A DNA stretch of 64,000 bases from a virus. Both the position numbers and the translations under genes were made by a program. Below the pieces are notes generated by a model, which was not told where the DNA came from, did no database searches, and saw nothing but the letters and a program-made list of their open reading frames with translations. Positions within the stretch are counted from its first letter, which is position 1; every line of letters begins with the position of its first letter. The stretch is taken from the IMG/VR virus record IMGVR_UViG_3300010396_000037; one strand, given 5' to 3'. Shown here piece after piece: positions 30,634 through 42,590 of the stretch.

Positions 30634-30669
30634 AGTGACCCGGTTCCAGTAGGCCGGGTCACTTCTTTC
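30634..30669 (+). terminator. Rho-independent terminator
   Basis: AGTGACCCGG...CCGGGTCACT followed by TCTTT. Confidence 0.8.
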
Positions 30670-30961
30670 TATCCTCAGTAGGAGAACATCATGGAACAGA
30701 AATATTTGAAAACCGCATATGACGCCCATTTGAAAATTGAAAATTTGAAGAACCAGGTAGCCTTGGTGAAGCGAGACAATTTTCATGTAGGCATCAACAA
30801 TACATACTGTGATACTTCAATTCTGAAGGCAGTCAAGAAGACAATTCTGACGGAATTACAATTGCGAATTGAACAACAAGAGCACATTCTGCGTGATCTT
30901 GGTGTTGAGTTGGACAGTGATACTAACTGATTTTTGAACCTGGTTCAACTAGAATTATTGC

Positions 30962-33595
30962 ATGGAGAATGAAATGACCAACCAGACTGACTCCGAGAAA
31001 CTGGCGCAGGCGTTGCGTGAAGCAATGCGTTGGAATTGGCTGGATGATGATGCGCGTCCCTCTGAGACTGCCGATATTTGTGACGCCGCTCTCGCCGCCC
31101 ACGAACGTGCACAACAAGCTAGCGACGTCAAGGTTCCAACCGAAATCGAATGGCTGCGCGATGAACTTGCAGCAGCCAAAGAAGAACTGATGTTTCTGCG
31201 GAAAGCACAACCGGCGAGCGAGTTCGCGTCTGATGAGGATGCTTACGAAAGCAATGTCGCAGAAGGAATCTGGACTGCCGGTATCAATGTGCTGCAGTCG
31301 AAAAGGTGGGATGCCAAGATTGAGTGCCACGGCGAATCAAAGGAAGCTGCCGAACAACTGCGCGATTTCGTGCTGGCAACGTTGCAAGCACAACCGGCGA
31401 GCGTGGTGGATGTTCTCTACACGCGCGAGGAAGTTGACGAAGCGATGGGAATCCTTCGACGCTTCCGTAGTCCCATCCACGACGATTGCCTGAATCAGAT
31501 GGAGGCGGTGCTTATTGCAGCCGCGCCGCAGCCAGCGAATGGAGAGAAAGATGTCGACTAAGCTCTCAAAATTGAAACCGTGTCCTTGGTGCGGCCACTA
31601 CCCGGCGCTGGAGAAGGAAGTTATCCACTATCCAAACAGCAAGAACAACCTGTGGGCTGTGGTTTGCCGAACTGAGAACTGCCCTGCCTCGAATATAGTT
31701 CAGGACGGGGAAATGGGCGGCTTCATCTATTCCTGGCCGATGGATAAAGCAATTGCAATCTGGAACCGGAGAGTTCGATGACCACTGAACGCGAGATGAC
31801 GCTGGAACAGGTGCGGGATTCGATACGCTCAAGTGACGTGGACTTGGACATTTATCCATCGCACAAGATTCGACTTGAATGGGCCAACGCCATCGACGCC
31901 TACCTTTCCCGTGCTGCGGATCCGGTGTATCAACTCAAGCATGGCGGTCTTTGGATGGATGCAACCGAGGACGAATATCGAATTGGATTTGATAATTTCA
32001 GGCGCATCCTCTACAGCCGTCCGCCAGAACTAATGCAGGATGCGGCCATCGGTGCAGTCGTGTGGAAATTCATAGACAGGATGAATGATGTTGCCGAATG
32101 TGACCCAGCAGATAGGATACTCGCGGAGTTCGTAGCTGCCGTGATGCCGATAATCAATGCAGCGAAAGAGTCGATTAATCCCAAGGAATACGAGTGATGA
32201 ACGCATTTTGGGCAGCTTTGTTTAAAATTCCATGGTGGATTGGATTAGTACCAGTTTGCACCACAGTGATTTATTTTCCCGTGAAGCCTACTCCTTCAAC
32301 TTTCGAGCACAACCATGACTGAACATGAGGCGATGACGCTGAAACGACAGGTGTTTGAGAAGTGGGCAACGGCCCAAGGTTTTTACATGGACCTTTGGGA
32401 AGCCGCTGGAAGCACATACACAAGCGAAATCACCGAACGCGCCTGGAAAACATGGCAAGCCTCCATCGACGCCAACCTCTCGCGCGCTGCGGAGCCGGTG
32501 AGTGTGACGGAAGAATTGTTGGATTGCGCCGAAAATGCCTACGACAGCATCGCAGGCGACAAATACTCCGAGTTGGGCATGTATGAACGTCCTACCAACG
32601 GCATGAACCCTTATGTGTGTGAGCGAGATTGCCTGCGTGCAGCACTGGAAGTCGCATTGTCAGCCCGACCGCCCGAACCAGCGCGGGAGAGGGCGAACTG
32701 GTACCTGTGTGGCGACACGCTGCACTTAGATATTTCGGACGATCCGAACAATCAGCTTTCGATCATGGTTCGTCGCGACGGCCTCATCAGCTACGCGATC
32801 TATTTCGGACCGTCTGACCGACATTATGGCGTCCCATCCGGCAACGAGTTTCTAACTGCATTGGCACAATGGATGGACAGCGCCGCGATGGCGCAGGAGT
32901 CGGACGAATGAAGATGCGACGCTATCCGGTTATGTGGACGCTCAAAGCGTTGGAAATCTATGTGCGGAATAACCATGCTCAGGTTGAGGTTCACGGTGAA
33001 TACGTGCCTGCAAGACCGTGGCTGTGGCGTGAGCGTTGGGCCCGTGTCAAGAACGCGTGGCGTGTGCTTACAGGACAGTGCGATGCACTGTTATGGCCAG
33101 AGGATAACCAACGATGACCGCTCTCCATGTCGTGCTTTTGGTGCTAGGAACGATTGTCGGATTATTCGTCCTGGTCGTCCTCGTGTTGCTCCTGTTCCAT
33201 TTCCTGTTTAGCGGAGATGACTCATGGCAATGACTGACACAGATGAGTTGGCGGGGCTGTCCGAGGACGTGCGCGAGGCGCTCTCCGTGTTAGTGGAAGC
33301 TGGTGAGGGCTACTACGCCAAGCTCATCGAACGCATCCGCACCGAACTGCTGCGGCTCACACGTGACCTACATACCGAAACGCGCGTGCGCAAAAGTCGA
33401 GATTTGGAATACTCGGAACTGGTGAAAGGATTTGATGCCACTAAGGTCGAACTCGCAGCGCTCAAGCGGAGGATCGCGGAAGCGCGCCGTATCGTGATGC
33501 CGGTTCCGCCAGACGAAAAAGGCGTCGCCGGAAAAGTATTTGCCCTGCTGCCGGTAGAGGGAGAGTCCAGTTTAGTTGCAACAAGGGAAACATAA
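30962..33595 (+). other. GC-richer block of small temperate-phage-like accessory genes (30962-31561, 31551-31781, 31778-32197, 32315-32911, ~32908-33117, 33224-33595)
   Basis: Visibly more G/C-ending codons than the flanks; shared modular segments. Confidence 0.7.
31551..31781 (+). CDS. Lar-family restriction alleviation-like protein
   Basis: LKPCPWCG...VVC...C...AIAIWNRR. Confidence 0.7.
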   Translation: MSTKLSKLKPCPWCGHYPALEKEVIHYPNSKNNLWAVVCRTENCPASNIVQDGEMGGFIYSWPMDKAIAIWNRRVR

Positions 33596-35283
33596 ATGAG
33601 CAAAAGATTTGGACGCAACCAGAAGCGTAAATTAAGAGAGGAAGCTCAACGATATAAGGAAGCGCTGGATTTACAAGGGAAGCTAGTCAGACATTTATTC
33701 AATGAACATGATGAGGATGTTCATACTCTTCAGCAGGTTAGACGAGTTCTTGGTGAACACACAGCTTTGTTAACACCCAAAATAGAGCATGAGGCAAAGC
33801 CACCCAAATGGCGAGAGAGCATTAATCTTGCAAAATTTGATGCCCACGCTGTCAATAATATCTTGAATGGTGATCAGCCTTGCCAAATGGATTTGCATTC
33901 CCAAGTCTTGTGGATGTTGAATTTTGTTGAAGAGCATGATGTTTTGACAGACGCAGTACACTTGGGATTTCATTGGAAAGATGGCAGAGTAGGTTATGCT
34001 ATCAGTCAAGAAGCAATGATGTGCCTTCCAGAAGATATGCTAGTGGAACAGATTGCTGATTCAATGGCTAAAATTATGATTTCATACTTCAAATCGAAAG
34101 GAGATGGAAGATGTTCAAAACAAAACCAGTAACCAGTGAAAAGAAGTCTGAGGAAAAAGTTCAAGTGACTATTCCGCTGAAAGCTGGACAGCCAACAGTT
34201 AGAACCAGCAGACAATGGATCCTGCCGGATGTCAACTCTAATTATGAATGGCTCATCACCTCAAGAACTGACTCTGATCAATTGACCATTTACAAGTGCA
34301 GGAAACCAGAAAAAGCAGGTTATGGATACCAAGAAACCATTGGTATCAATATACCACAACAATTGGTGCATGCTATTGCTGATGCAATGCTGCAAGCTTA
34401 TGGAGAAGATAATTAAGTTTAACTTCGGTTAAGTTAAGTTTGCTGAATGGGCGTATAATACATCCTGTTGAGTCAACCATTGGATGGCATCTGAGGAGTG
34501 GCAATGAAAACTATCTACAAATATCGTCTGATTCCTTATGTTGCAATCCAGATGCCAAAAGGTTCAAAAATCATCTCCATCGCTGAACAACAAGCAGGAG
34601 AGGTTTTCATTTGGGCACAAGTTGACACCACTCAACCTCTGGAAGAGAGGAATTTCATTTTCTTCACGACAGGCATAGCAATTGAATCAGAAGAACTCCT
34701 TGATTTTTACGGCACTGTTCATCTGAGGAATGGTTTGGTATTCCATGTCTTCGAAGAGAAGCAGATTCGCAACTGACAACACAGAGAAGATGCTAAAATG
34801 AGAGGTCAATGGGTTGAGTGGAAATTGATATTCGGATGGACCGTCGCGCGGTGCGTCAGTAGCTGGGCGCTTGGCAGTAGTTACAGACTTGCTCGGAACA
34901 AATATGGTTTTGTTCAGAGGTTCTGGACCAAGAAAGCAGCCCAAGCTGAAGCTGATCGTCGCAACCAAGTAATTTCGATTTGAGGTGACATCATGGACAT
35001 TAACAAGTGGCATGAAATCAAACAACGACTTATCCAAGAAAATGGATGCCTGGATGATGTAGTGATTGATGGGCATGAAGGCATGTTGATGACTTGGGAT
35101 GAATTTTTTATAGATGTGAATATAAACACATTGACTGACCATGATGGTAGTGGAGACCTGGTCAATGAAAAAGGAGTTATAATTGGCAGAATCAATCCCT
35201 CCGATGTCTATGTGGACGGTTGGAATCCCGAATGGATAGACAAGAATAAAGAGGATGTATTTGTGCTCTGGTACAATAAATAG
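33596..35283 (+). CDS. Hypothetical genes (33596-34132, 34111-34416, 34498-34776, 34798-34983, 34993-35283)
   Basis: ORFs with RBS; promoter motif at 34419-34459. Confidence 0.55.
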
Positions 35284-35402
35284 ATTTGCGTTGTTGGTTG
35301 AAAAGTAGGTGGCGCGAAATTCGTACAGAGAAGGTCCAGCAGCCAATTGGGATAAGCTCTGGCAACGCAAATTATTGTAGAATGGTAGTAAAGGTGTTGT
35401 TT

Positions 35403-35770
35403 GGCGGCAGGTTGGACGCGGGTTCGATTCCCGCCCACTCCACCAAAAGCAAATTAGTCACGAAAGGGGAAGGTAAGATCACCGTATCGTAAGAGAAATC
35501 CTAGACCCGGTGACGCTAGTTTGTTTTTGATGGGGTGGACATGGCTTCGACAGTCTGGACTGAGGACAAGGCTCTACCCAAGCGTTGAATGTAGGCTTGT
35601 AAATCTGAACACTCAAACGTCAAATGCAAACGATAATGCATACGATCTAGCCCTAGCGGCCTGATCCCAAGAGTGGCTCCGTCTTGGTTCCTCAACGGAG
35701 CATTGAATTAAAGAACCCACAGGGTGATGCATTAAATCCTGCGGATGAGAGGAAAGACTGACGCCTCTGA
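35403..35770 (+). ncRNA. ssrA: Circularly permuted (two-piece) tmRNA; tag ANDNAYDLALAA
   Basis: Acceptor piece GACGCGGGTTCGATTCCCGCCCACTCCACCA ends at 35445. After the intervening segment, the coding piece starts GGGGTGGACATGGCTTCGAC at 35532. G3-U70 pair; tag ORF 35626-35664. Outer ends are approximate. Confidence 0.92.
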
Positions 35771-35775
35771 AAAGG

Positions 35776-36393
35776 TCAGTCCGTTTTATGTCTTCTTTTG
35801 TTCGCTTCAGATATCTTATTTCTTATTTCTTGCGACGGATTTTTATTTGATTCTGATATTTTTTGTTTGTGATCTTTCGAAAGATGTTTTCCTCTATTCC
35901 AGCATACTAACTTAGATTTTTGTGATTCATTCATCGTTTTGCCTTTATTCCAAGGCACCATTCTAGATTTTTGAGCATGAGTAAAAATTTTGCCTTTATT
36001 CCATGGAACCAGTTTTGATAACTTTTGGCGTTGATGCTCTGGCATCCGTTTACCTTTATTCCAAGGCACTCGCCTACGCAATTTCTCTCTAGTTTCCTCA
36101 GTGATATTTTTACACACAAATTTTCCGTCTCCATTATGTTGATTGTAATAGTCAGAATTATTCTTTGCGTCTGCAGTTTTCAAAATTGTTGCTTCTAACA
36201 TCAAACAATCGTCATAAGTTCCTTCTGTAATGATTTGTCTTGTGAAATCGTCGGGCCTCTTGGTATATTCTTCTAACATCCATTTAGAAGAGCAAACATA
36301 TCCGTCGTCCTCAGAACCTTTATGGCAACCAACATAGAGCATGTTTTTTAGATGATCAGTCCAACAATATGTGAAAGCTTCTTGATTTTTCAT
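35776..36393 (-). mobile_element. Free-standing GIY-YIG homing endonuclease with NUMOD3-like/PWNKGK repeats
   Basis: FTYCWTD...MLYVGCH..DDGYVCSS, YYNQ; four (P/C)WN(K/R)GK repeats. Confidence 0.8.
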
Positions 36394-36412
36394 AATATAA
36401 TTTTGAATAGAA

Positions 36413-36428
36413 ACTAAATATATTTAGT
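36413..36428. promoter_or_regulatory. Palindromic back-to-back late promoter
   Basis: ACTAAATATATTTAGT is a perfect 16-bp palindrome between divergent genes. Confidence 0.75.
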
Positions 36429-36478
36429 GGCGTGTGCGCGTACCACGGGATAATTGAATTTAACAAGAGGCATTTGAT

Positions 36479-36796
36479 ATGAAGAAGTTCCTGTTGAGTT
36501 TGATGCTAGCATTCGCTGTGTGCACACCAGCTTTTGCACATTCCCACATTGGAGTTAGAATACAAGCTCCTGGTCTTTCAATTGGATACCACAATGGTTG
36601 GCGTGGACATGATCATTTTGATTTGCGCGTGTATCCTGCTTACCCAAGCTATCCAGCATACAACTATCCGCAATATCCCGCTTATCAGTATCCACATTAT
36701 GTCTACCAACAGGTGCCAACTTACTGTGTAGACTATTATGGTAATGCTTACATCTGCGGATATCACACCATTCTTGTTACAGTCCCACAATATTGA
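36479..36796 (+). CDS. Secreted Tyr/Pro-rich small protein
   Basis: Signal peptide (PAFA-H); YPAYPSYPAYNYPQYPAY repeats. Confidence 0.7.
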   Translation: MKKFLLSLMLAFAVCTPAFAHSHIGVRIQAPGLSIGYHNGWRGHDHFDLRVYPAYPSYPAYNYPQYPAYQYPHYVYQQVPTYCVDYYGNAYICGYHTILVTVPQY

Positions 36797-36804
36797 GATA
36801 AATT

Positions 36805-39462
36805 ATGAAAGCAATGTTGAAGCGTACAAAAGGAATGATCTGGAGAAGTATTGTAGGTCTTCCACCTTCTGTGGTAATGTTGGGTGTAGTGTGGGTCATG
36901 CAAACCACTCTGAAAGGAGTTGACGCATCAGGCCAAATGATATTAAAGGAATGGCATAGACTTCAAGGTCATATGGATCAGTCAATAAATGTGCCACTCA
37001 CGCAATTGGCTTGGATCATTCTCTACCTGCCTTTCATGATTTTGAGTATAATTACTCTTATACTTATCCTCTACCCAATCTGGTTTGTAATCAAACCCAT
37101 TTCAGACAAACTTTGCCAGGTGAACATTAATTTGTTGGTCTGGATTGAATATCGTGAAGCTTATCCAGAGGAACAAGAGCTGGTTCAAAAGGCTGTTGAA
37201 ACTCTAAGACAAAAATTGAAAGCTGAAGGCATGACAGAACAGCAACTTGCAGAAATGTTTAAATCTAATGGTTGACAGATTTAAAATCCGTTAAGCTCTA
37301 TCATAATAACACAGGTGTAATAAATGGGTGATGTAATTAAGTTTCCTTCTGTTGTTGATGAGTATGTAAAATTCAAATCAGATGAAAAAGAAATTGATCG
37401 CTTTAATATCATGTTAGACAAAGTGATACAGGCGATTGAAGAGTCTTATCCTGAAATAGAAGATATAGACCCATCTGATTATGTTCTCATTGCTGAAGCT
37501 ATCACGTCAGCTGTGATGCGTGAAAATGATATTGAACATCCGCTTCAAAGTTTTGCTGATAGGAACATGACCGAATTCTTTGAGGAGTATGGATTATGAG
37601 CAAGAAATTCGGAATCAATCGTCCGATTGCGCTTGTTTCTCTTTTGTTAATTTACGCGACCAGCACTACTTATTTCGTTGTTGATGTTCTGGAAGCAGGA
37701 AAGTTTCTTCCTTTCAGCGCAGCTTCTTTCTGGCTTCTAACATCCGCGATTTCTCTGGTGCTGGTTGGATTTGAATTGGACTCAAAGAAATGACTGAAAA
37801 AACAATCAAAGTAGTAACTATCACCGAAGCAGAATACAAAGAACTACAAAGAGATTCCGCAATCCTTGCTGCTCTACATGCTGGTGGTGTCAACAATTGG
37901 GATTGGTATGACGCATCACTTGAAGAATTCAGAGCAGCAGAGGAAGATGACGAATGAAGACTGGCATAGAATTGATCGCTGAAGAGCGTGCTGGTCATTT
38001 TTCTAGGGAAGGTTTCACCTTAGAACACGATGACCAATACATCAAGGAAGAACTTGCTTCTGCAGCGGCCTGTTATGCAACTCCACATCGCTGGAGACCA
38101 TTTCCTGTAAGTCAAAGTGGCCAAGCCCCTTTAATCTGGCCTTGGTCCCCAAAGTGGTGGAAGCCAGGAGAAGATCGTATCAGGGAACTTCAGAAGGCAG
38201 GCGCATTGATTGCCGCTGAAATTGATAGACTCCAGAGGATACAGTCATAATGAATCTTCGGTATGATTATTTCGCTGCAACATGCAATGGTGTAAATAAG
38301 CACGCACAGGATGTAATGAATAAATTGGGAATAACATACAGATCTTGTATTGGAAGAAGCATGGGTGACGATTATCTATTCTGGGATTGTGAGAATGTTC
38401 CTGCAGTCCTTCCAAAATATATTACTGAACACACTTATAATCGTGCCGATTACGGACTGTAAATTATTGAGGATACAATTATGATGATGACAATTCTTTT
38501 GTATGCTGGTGTGCTTCTATTGGTCATTGGCGCTATTGCTGCACTTTGTATTCTGAATTATATTCTAAGTGAAGTCAATTGGCATGCTAAATGGAATTGG
38601 GGAAATGCTCGTCAGCTCAAGCGTAGTGTTAAGTTGGGATGGAATACAGGCGTACCACCTGAAGGCAAAAAGATACTGGTTCGGGGTAATATTTGGATGC
38701 ATAGTTTTGACAGCAAATACAACGACACCAGTTGGGCTGTTATGACAGTTAGCAGAGGTCGCTGTTACACACCTAGAGGATCAAGTATGCCCGTCAAGAA
38801 CATCACTGGCTGGCTTGAAATCGTTGAAGACAAACGATCATGATTGCATTCCTGTCTGAACATTTCTGGGCTCTTTGGTGGCTTATTGTATTTTTCTTGC
38901 TTGTATGGGGTAATAAGAGGACTCGCTGATGAGACATCCATATTGGCTTCATGATCTGAAGTCTCGCATCAAATACCATCCTAATCATCTTCACATCAAG
39001 ACGTTGAAACGCGGATGGGTTGATTGTGATCATCAACTCTTGCATGCTTCTATGCAGATCCTTGTTAATTTCGTTGAGAAAGAAAAACGTGATGGTATTG
39101 TTGATTGGGACTCTGATGCAAATCATCGCGAAGCTGCTGAAACAATGGAGCGTCTCTATTATTGGTGGAAACATGATCCTCTTGCACAAGATGCTACTTT
39201 GATGCCTTATGGCACGGCCCCTATGGAAGATGAAGATGATCCATATGAAGGCATTCTAAACTGGTTGGATGAAATCTATGGGAAAGATGACATTGGTAAT
39301 TGGACAAAGCGTGTTGTAAGAACATGTAAGAAACTCAATAAAAACAAAGCTATCATCCAACAGTATTACCAATGCCTGATTCAGCTTGAAAATATAGCTG
39401 TGAAGCGGCAGAATAAGGCTCTGAAAGACCTGATCAACATCCGTAGGTATCTCTGGACTTAA
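36805..39462 (+). CDS. Hypothetical genes (36805-37275, 37324-37599, 37596-37793, 37954-38250, 38250-38462, 38481-38843, 38929-39462)
   Basis: Coupled ORFs; 37954 has the widespread phage pattern IAEER..HDD...ELA.AA.CYA...KAGALIAAEIDRL. Confidence 0.6.
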
Positions 39463-39471
39463 GGAATTCAG

Positions 39472-39577
39472 AAATCTTTGATATTTTGCTAGTTTAAGGT
39501 CGGGGCCAAGGGTTTGTAGCTACAAGAAAATTTCCTAAAACAGTGATTCTAAATTATTGAATTTACTGGTAAATATC
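39472..39577. repeat. Intergenic ~105-bp element, copy 2 (inverted relative to 9167-9271)
   Basis: CAAGGGTTTGTAGC core; manual alignment. Confidence 0.8.
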
Positions 39578-39654
39578 TACCAACTTTCAAGAAAAACCAA
39601 GAGTCTAGCAAACCAGCATGAAATAAATAGAGTGTCAATACCAAGGGCACTCTA

Positions 39655-40425
39655 ATGTCACCTATCAAACGTTCATATGGGTGGAAGAAGCAACAGCATG
39701 ATTCAAGAGACAATTTCTTCGGTGTACAAGAACCAGTTCAACTACCATCTTCCTTCAGATTGGTTGAAGGAATGCCTGAAGTCTGGGATCAAGGTCAAAC
39801 CAATAGCTGTACAGCCCATGCTGCATCTGCAGCCTATGAGTATGAGCTTTCCCAACAACACTTGCCCGATTTCATGCCTTCCCGTTTGTTTCTCTACTAC
39901 AACGAAAGAATTGAAGAAGGTACAACCAATCAGGATGCGGGCGCAACTATCCGTGACTCCGTCAAAGCACTTGCCAAATACGGAACTCTCCCAGAAAGTT
40001 ATTGGCCATTTTCTGAAAGAATATCAGCAGCACCTGAATCAGCAGATTATCAAGTCGCTATTAGAAACATTATTACATCCTACAGCGCAGTGCCCCAAGT
40101 CCTGCAATCCATCAAAACAGCAATCTTTCAAAAACACCCTGTCATATTCGGATTTTCAGTCTATGAGTCCTTTGAGTCCGCAGAAGTCGCAAGGACAGGC
40201 ATTCAGCCCATACCTTCGCCTGCCGAGCAATGCCTCGGTGGTCACGCAGTCTTGGCTGTAGGGTTTGATGATTCAAGAAAAAGTTTTTGGATTAGAAACA
40301 GTTGGGGAGCAGATTGGGGCCAGGAAGGATATTTTTTGATGCCTTATGACTACATAATTAATGTTAAACTAGCAAGTGACTTTTGGATCATAGAATCAGA
40401 ACTGGAAAATGATAAATCTAGCTAA
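39655..40425 (+). CDS. Papain-like cysteine protease (C1A, xylellain-like)
   Basis: DQGQTNSCTA (catalytic Cys), PSRLFLYYNER, GGHAVLAVGF, IRNSWGADWG..GYF; late promoter AATAAATA at 39622-39629. Confidence 0.93.
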   Translation: MSPIKRSYGWKKQQHDSRDNFFGVQEPVQLPSSFRLVEGMPEVWDQGQTNSCTAHAASAAYEYELSQQHLPDFMPSRLFLYYNERIEEGTTNQDAGATIRDSVKALAKYGTLPESYWPFSERISAAPESADYQVAIRNIITSYSAVPQVLQSIKTAIFQKHPVIFGFSVYESFESAEVARTGIQPIPSPAEQCLGGHAVLAVGFDDSRKSFWIRNSWGADWGQEGYFLMPYDYIINVKLASDFWIIESELENDKSS

Positions 40426-41026
40426 GTGGCTTCTTGCTTCAATCAAAGCAAGACGGTTCGCCCGGAATATGGAATGTGTAATTCATTCAATCCATCCTGA
40501 ACCAAAATTCAAGATTCATTCAAAAATTGACAAGCATAATTTGAACCAAGTGACTTATAATATAGACACCGATGATGATAAAGTCATGGGTTGTTTTATA
40601 TTGATTCAAGAAGCATTGAAGGTGCAAGAAAATGGCGCTTGAAGCAGTCTATCGTAATTGGTTGAAAGGACTTTGGATTTGCACAATCCCTTCAATGGCA
40701 ACACTGCTCATAAAATTCCTGTTGTGTCCCACCACTCCTTGGTGGCTGGTTTTCCTGCCTGTTATTTTGTATATCTGTCTGACAGGTATTTTCGCAATAT
40801 TCATCCTTTGGGTCATCTCAACAATGTGGGGCTAATATGAGTGCAGTTAGAACATATCTGGAAGAAGCACGTGATCTTATAAACAAGCATGGAAATTGGA
40901 GTTTGGAGTCATTAACGAATCAATATTGTAGAGAAATGAAGTGCGATCAGGGGACAGCTATCTATTTCCTTGAGAAAGCAATTGAAGATGATGTGAATTG
41001 CATGGATCCATCCTTCGAGACTGATT

Positions 41027-41452
41027 ATGAATGAATCTGATAATAAAAACAATGTTGTTTCAGTTGACTTTAAAAATAAGAAGAAAATAGCAACTCAAAC
41101 AGAACCTGTGGAAACAACCAACAAGATTATGGTGTCCGATAATAATCCTTTGGAAGAGCAACCTCTACCTTTGAAGGTGCCAGATGTGTTGGAGGATAGT
41201 TATAAAAAATTTGTGACTGACCCTGTAAACTCTAACAAGATTGAATTCATCATAGTTGAATTAATAAAGACAATTTCATCAGAATATCCAGAAATAACAA
41301 CCTGTCGTTTTGCTGACATACTACTTTTGAAAGAGTGTGTAATATCATTACTCATGCGTTCATTGCTGAACCAAAACCATCCTTTTCATAACATGGCCGA
41401 TGGTCTAGAAAAAGCATACAAGGAAAATGAGAAAAATGGTTTCACAAAATGA
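41027..41452 (+). CDS. Hypothetical protein, paralogue of 37324-37599
   Basis: YPEI...D..L..E.I.S..MR.....HP....AD shared. Confidence 0.6.
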   Translation: MNESDNKNNVVSVDFKNKKKIATQTEPVETTNKIMVSDNNPLEEQPLPLKVPDVLEDSYKKFVTDPVNSNKIEFIIVELIKTISSEYPEITTCRFADILLLKECVISLLMRSLLNQNHPFHNMADGLEKAYKENEKNGFTK

Positions 41453-42401
41453 ATTAGATGTGAAGGCGAAAGGTGGGACAGAACTTCTAGGTGAACGTCT
41501 AGAAAGATTGGTTGCTCCAGATCTTCTGAAGGATTTCCAGATCATACGTTCCAGATTCCGTGGCTTTGATGAATCCAAGAAACATCATGTATTCTGGGAA
41601 CATGATCTACCAGAAGATCCAGAGTCAGTAACTGTATTCGAAAATGAAAAGATTTTAGAAAGACTAGATGCAATTGTGTTCTTGACACGATGGCAGAGGA
41701 ATGAATTTCTGAGGACCTTTCCTAAATTGTTGCCACATAAATGTGCGATCATTAGGAATGCGATTGATCCGATTGATATTCTACAAAAACAAAAAGTAGA
41801 TGATAAGATTCATTTGATCTACACGCCGACTCCCCATCGTGGTTTGGAGTTGTTGGTCCCAGTGTTTCATGCTCTGACTCAAGAATTTCCAAATAAATTG
41901 CATCTTGATGTGTATTCAAGTTTCAAGTTGTATGGATGGGAAGAAAGAGACAAACCATATCAGAAATTGTTTGAAGATATCAAGTCTCATCCTGATATGA
42001 CTTATCATGGTACTGTTTCAAATGATAAAATCAGGGAAGCTCTCCTGAAATCTGATATTTTTGTTTATCCTTCTATCTGGAAAGAAACATCCTGTCTTTG
42101 TTTGATTGAAGCAATGTCTGCAGGATTGACTTGCGTTTGTAGTGATCTGGCAGCCATTCCAGAAACATCAGGCAATTTAATCCACCTTTATTCCTACATT
42201 CCGGATCTTAACATACATCTGCAGACGTTCTACAATGCATGTAGAGGAACAATTCATCAATATATAAATGGTCCCAGGGGATTATCAGAAGCTGCAAATT
42301 TTACCAAAACTTATTCAGATATGTTGCATAACACAGAACTTATGCGATTGAACTGGACTCACATTCTCAACATGATCAAGGTTAGCCATGAAAAAGTCTA
42401 A
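41427..42401 (+). CDS. Glycosyltransferase (GT-B, family 4-like)
   Basis: KGGTE, WEHD, IRNAI, PHRGLE, YPSIWKETSCLCLIEAMSAG. Confidence 0.88.
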   Translation: MRKMVSQNELDVKAKGGTELLGERLERLVAPDLLKDFQIIRSRFRGFDESKKHHVFWEHDLPEDPESVTVFENEKILERLDAIVFLTRWQRNEFLRTFPKLLPHKCAIIRNAIDPIDILQKQKVDDKIHLIYTPTPHRGLELLVPVFHALTQEFPNKLHLDVYSSFKLYGWEERDKPYQKLFEDIKSHPDMTYHGTVSNDKIREALLKSDIFVYPSIWKETSCLCLIEAMSAGLTCVCSDLAAIPETSGNLIHLYSYIPDLNIHLQTFYNACRGTIHQYINGPRGLSEAANFTKTYSDMLHNTELMRLNWTHILNMIKVSHEKV

Positions 42402-42590
42402 GAAGTATTACAAGCAGCGTTTCAATGATTTCTGCGCAATTGCATGGTTGGGTATACATGCTACTCCTGAACGCGCCAGAGCATTACATCATGGAATGCA
42501 GGATGCGATTATGAATCCTCTTGAGGATATAACCAAGATCAAAAAGACTGAAAATGCGGTTCAGGAACCAGTATTGGTTGAGGAGGCTGC

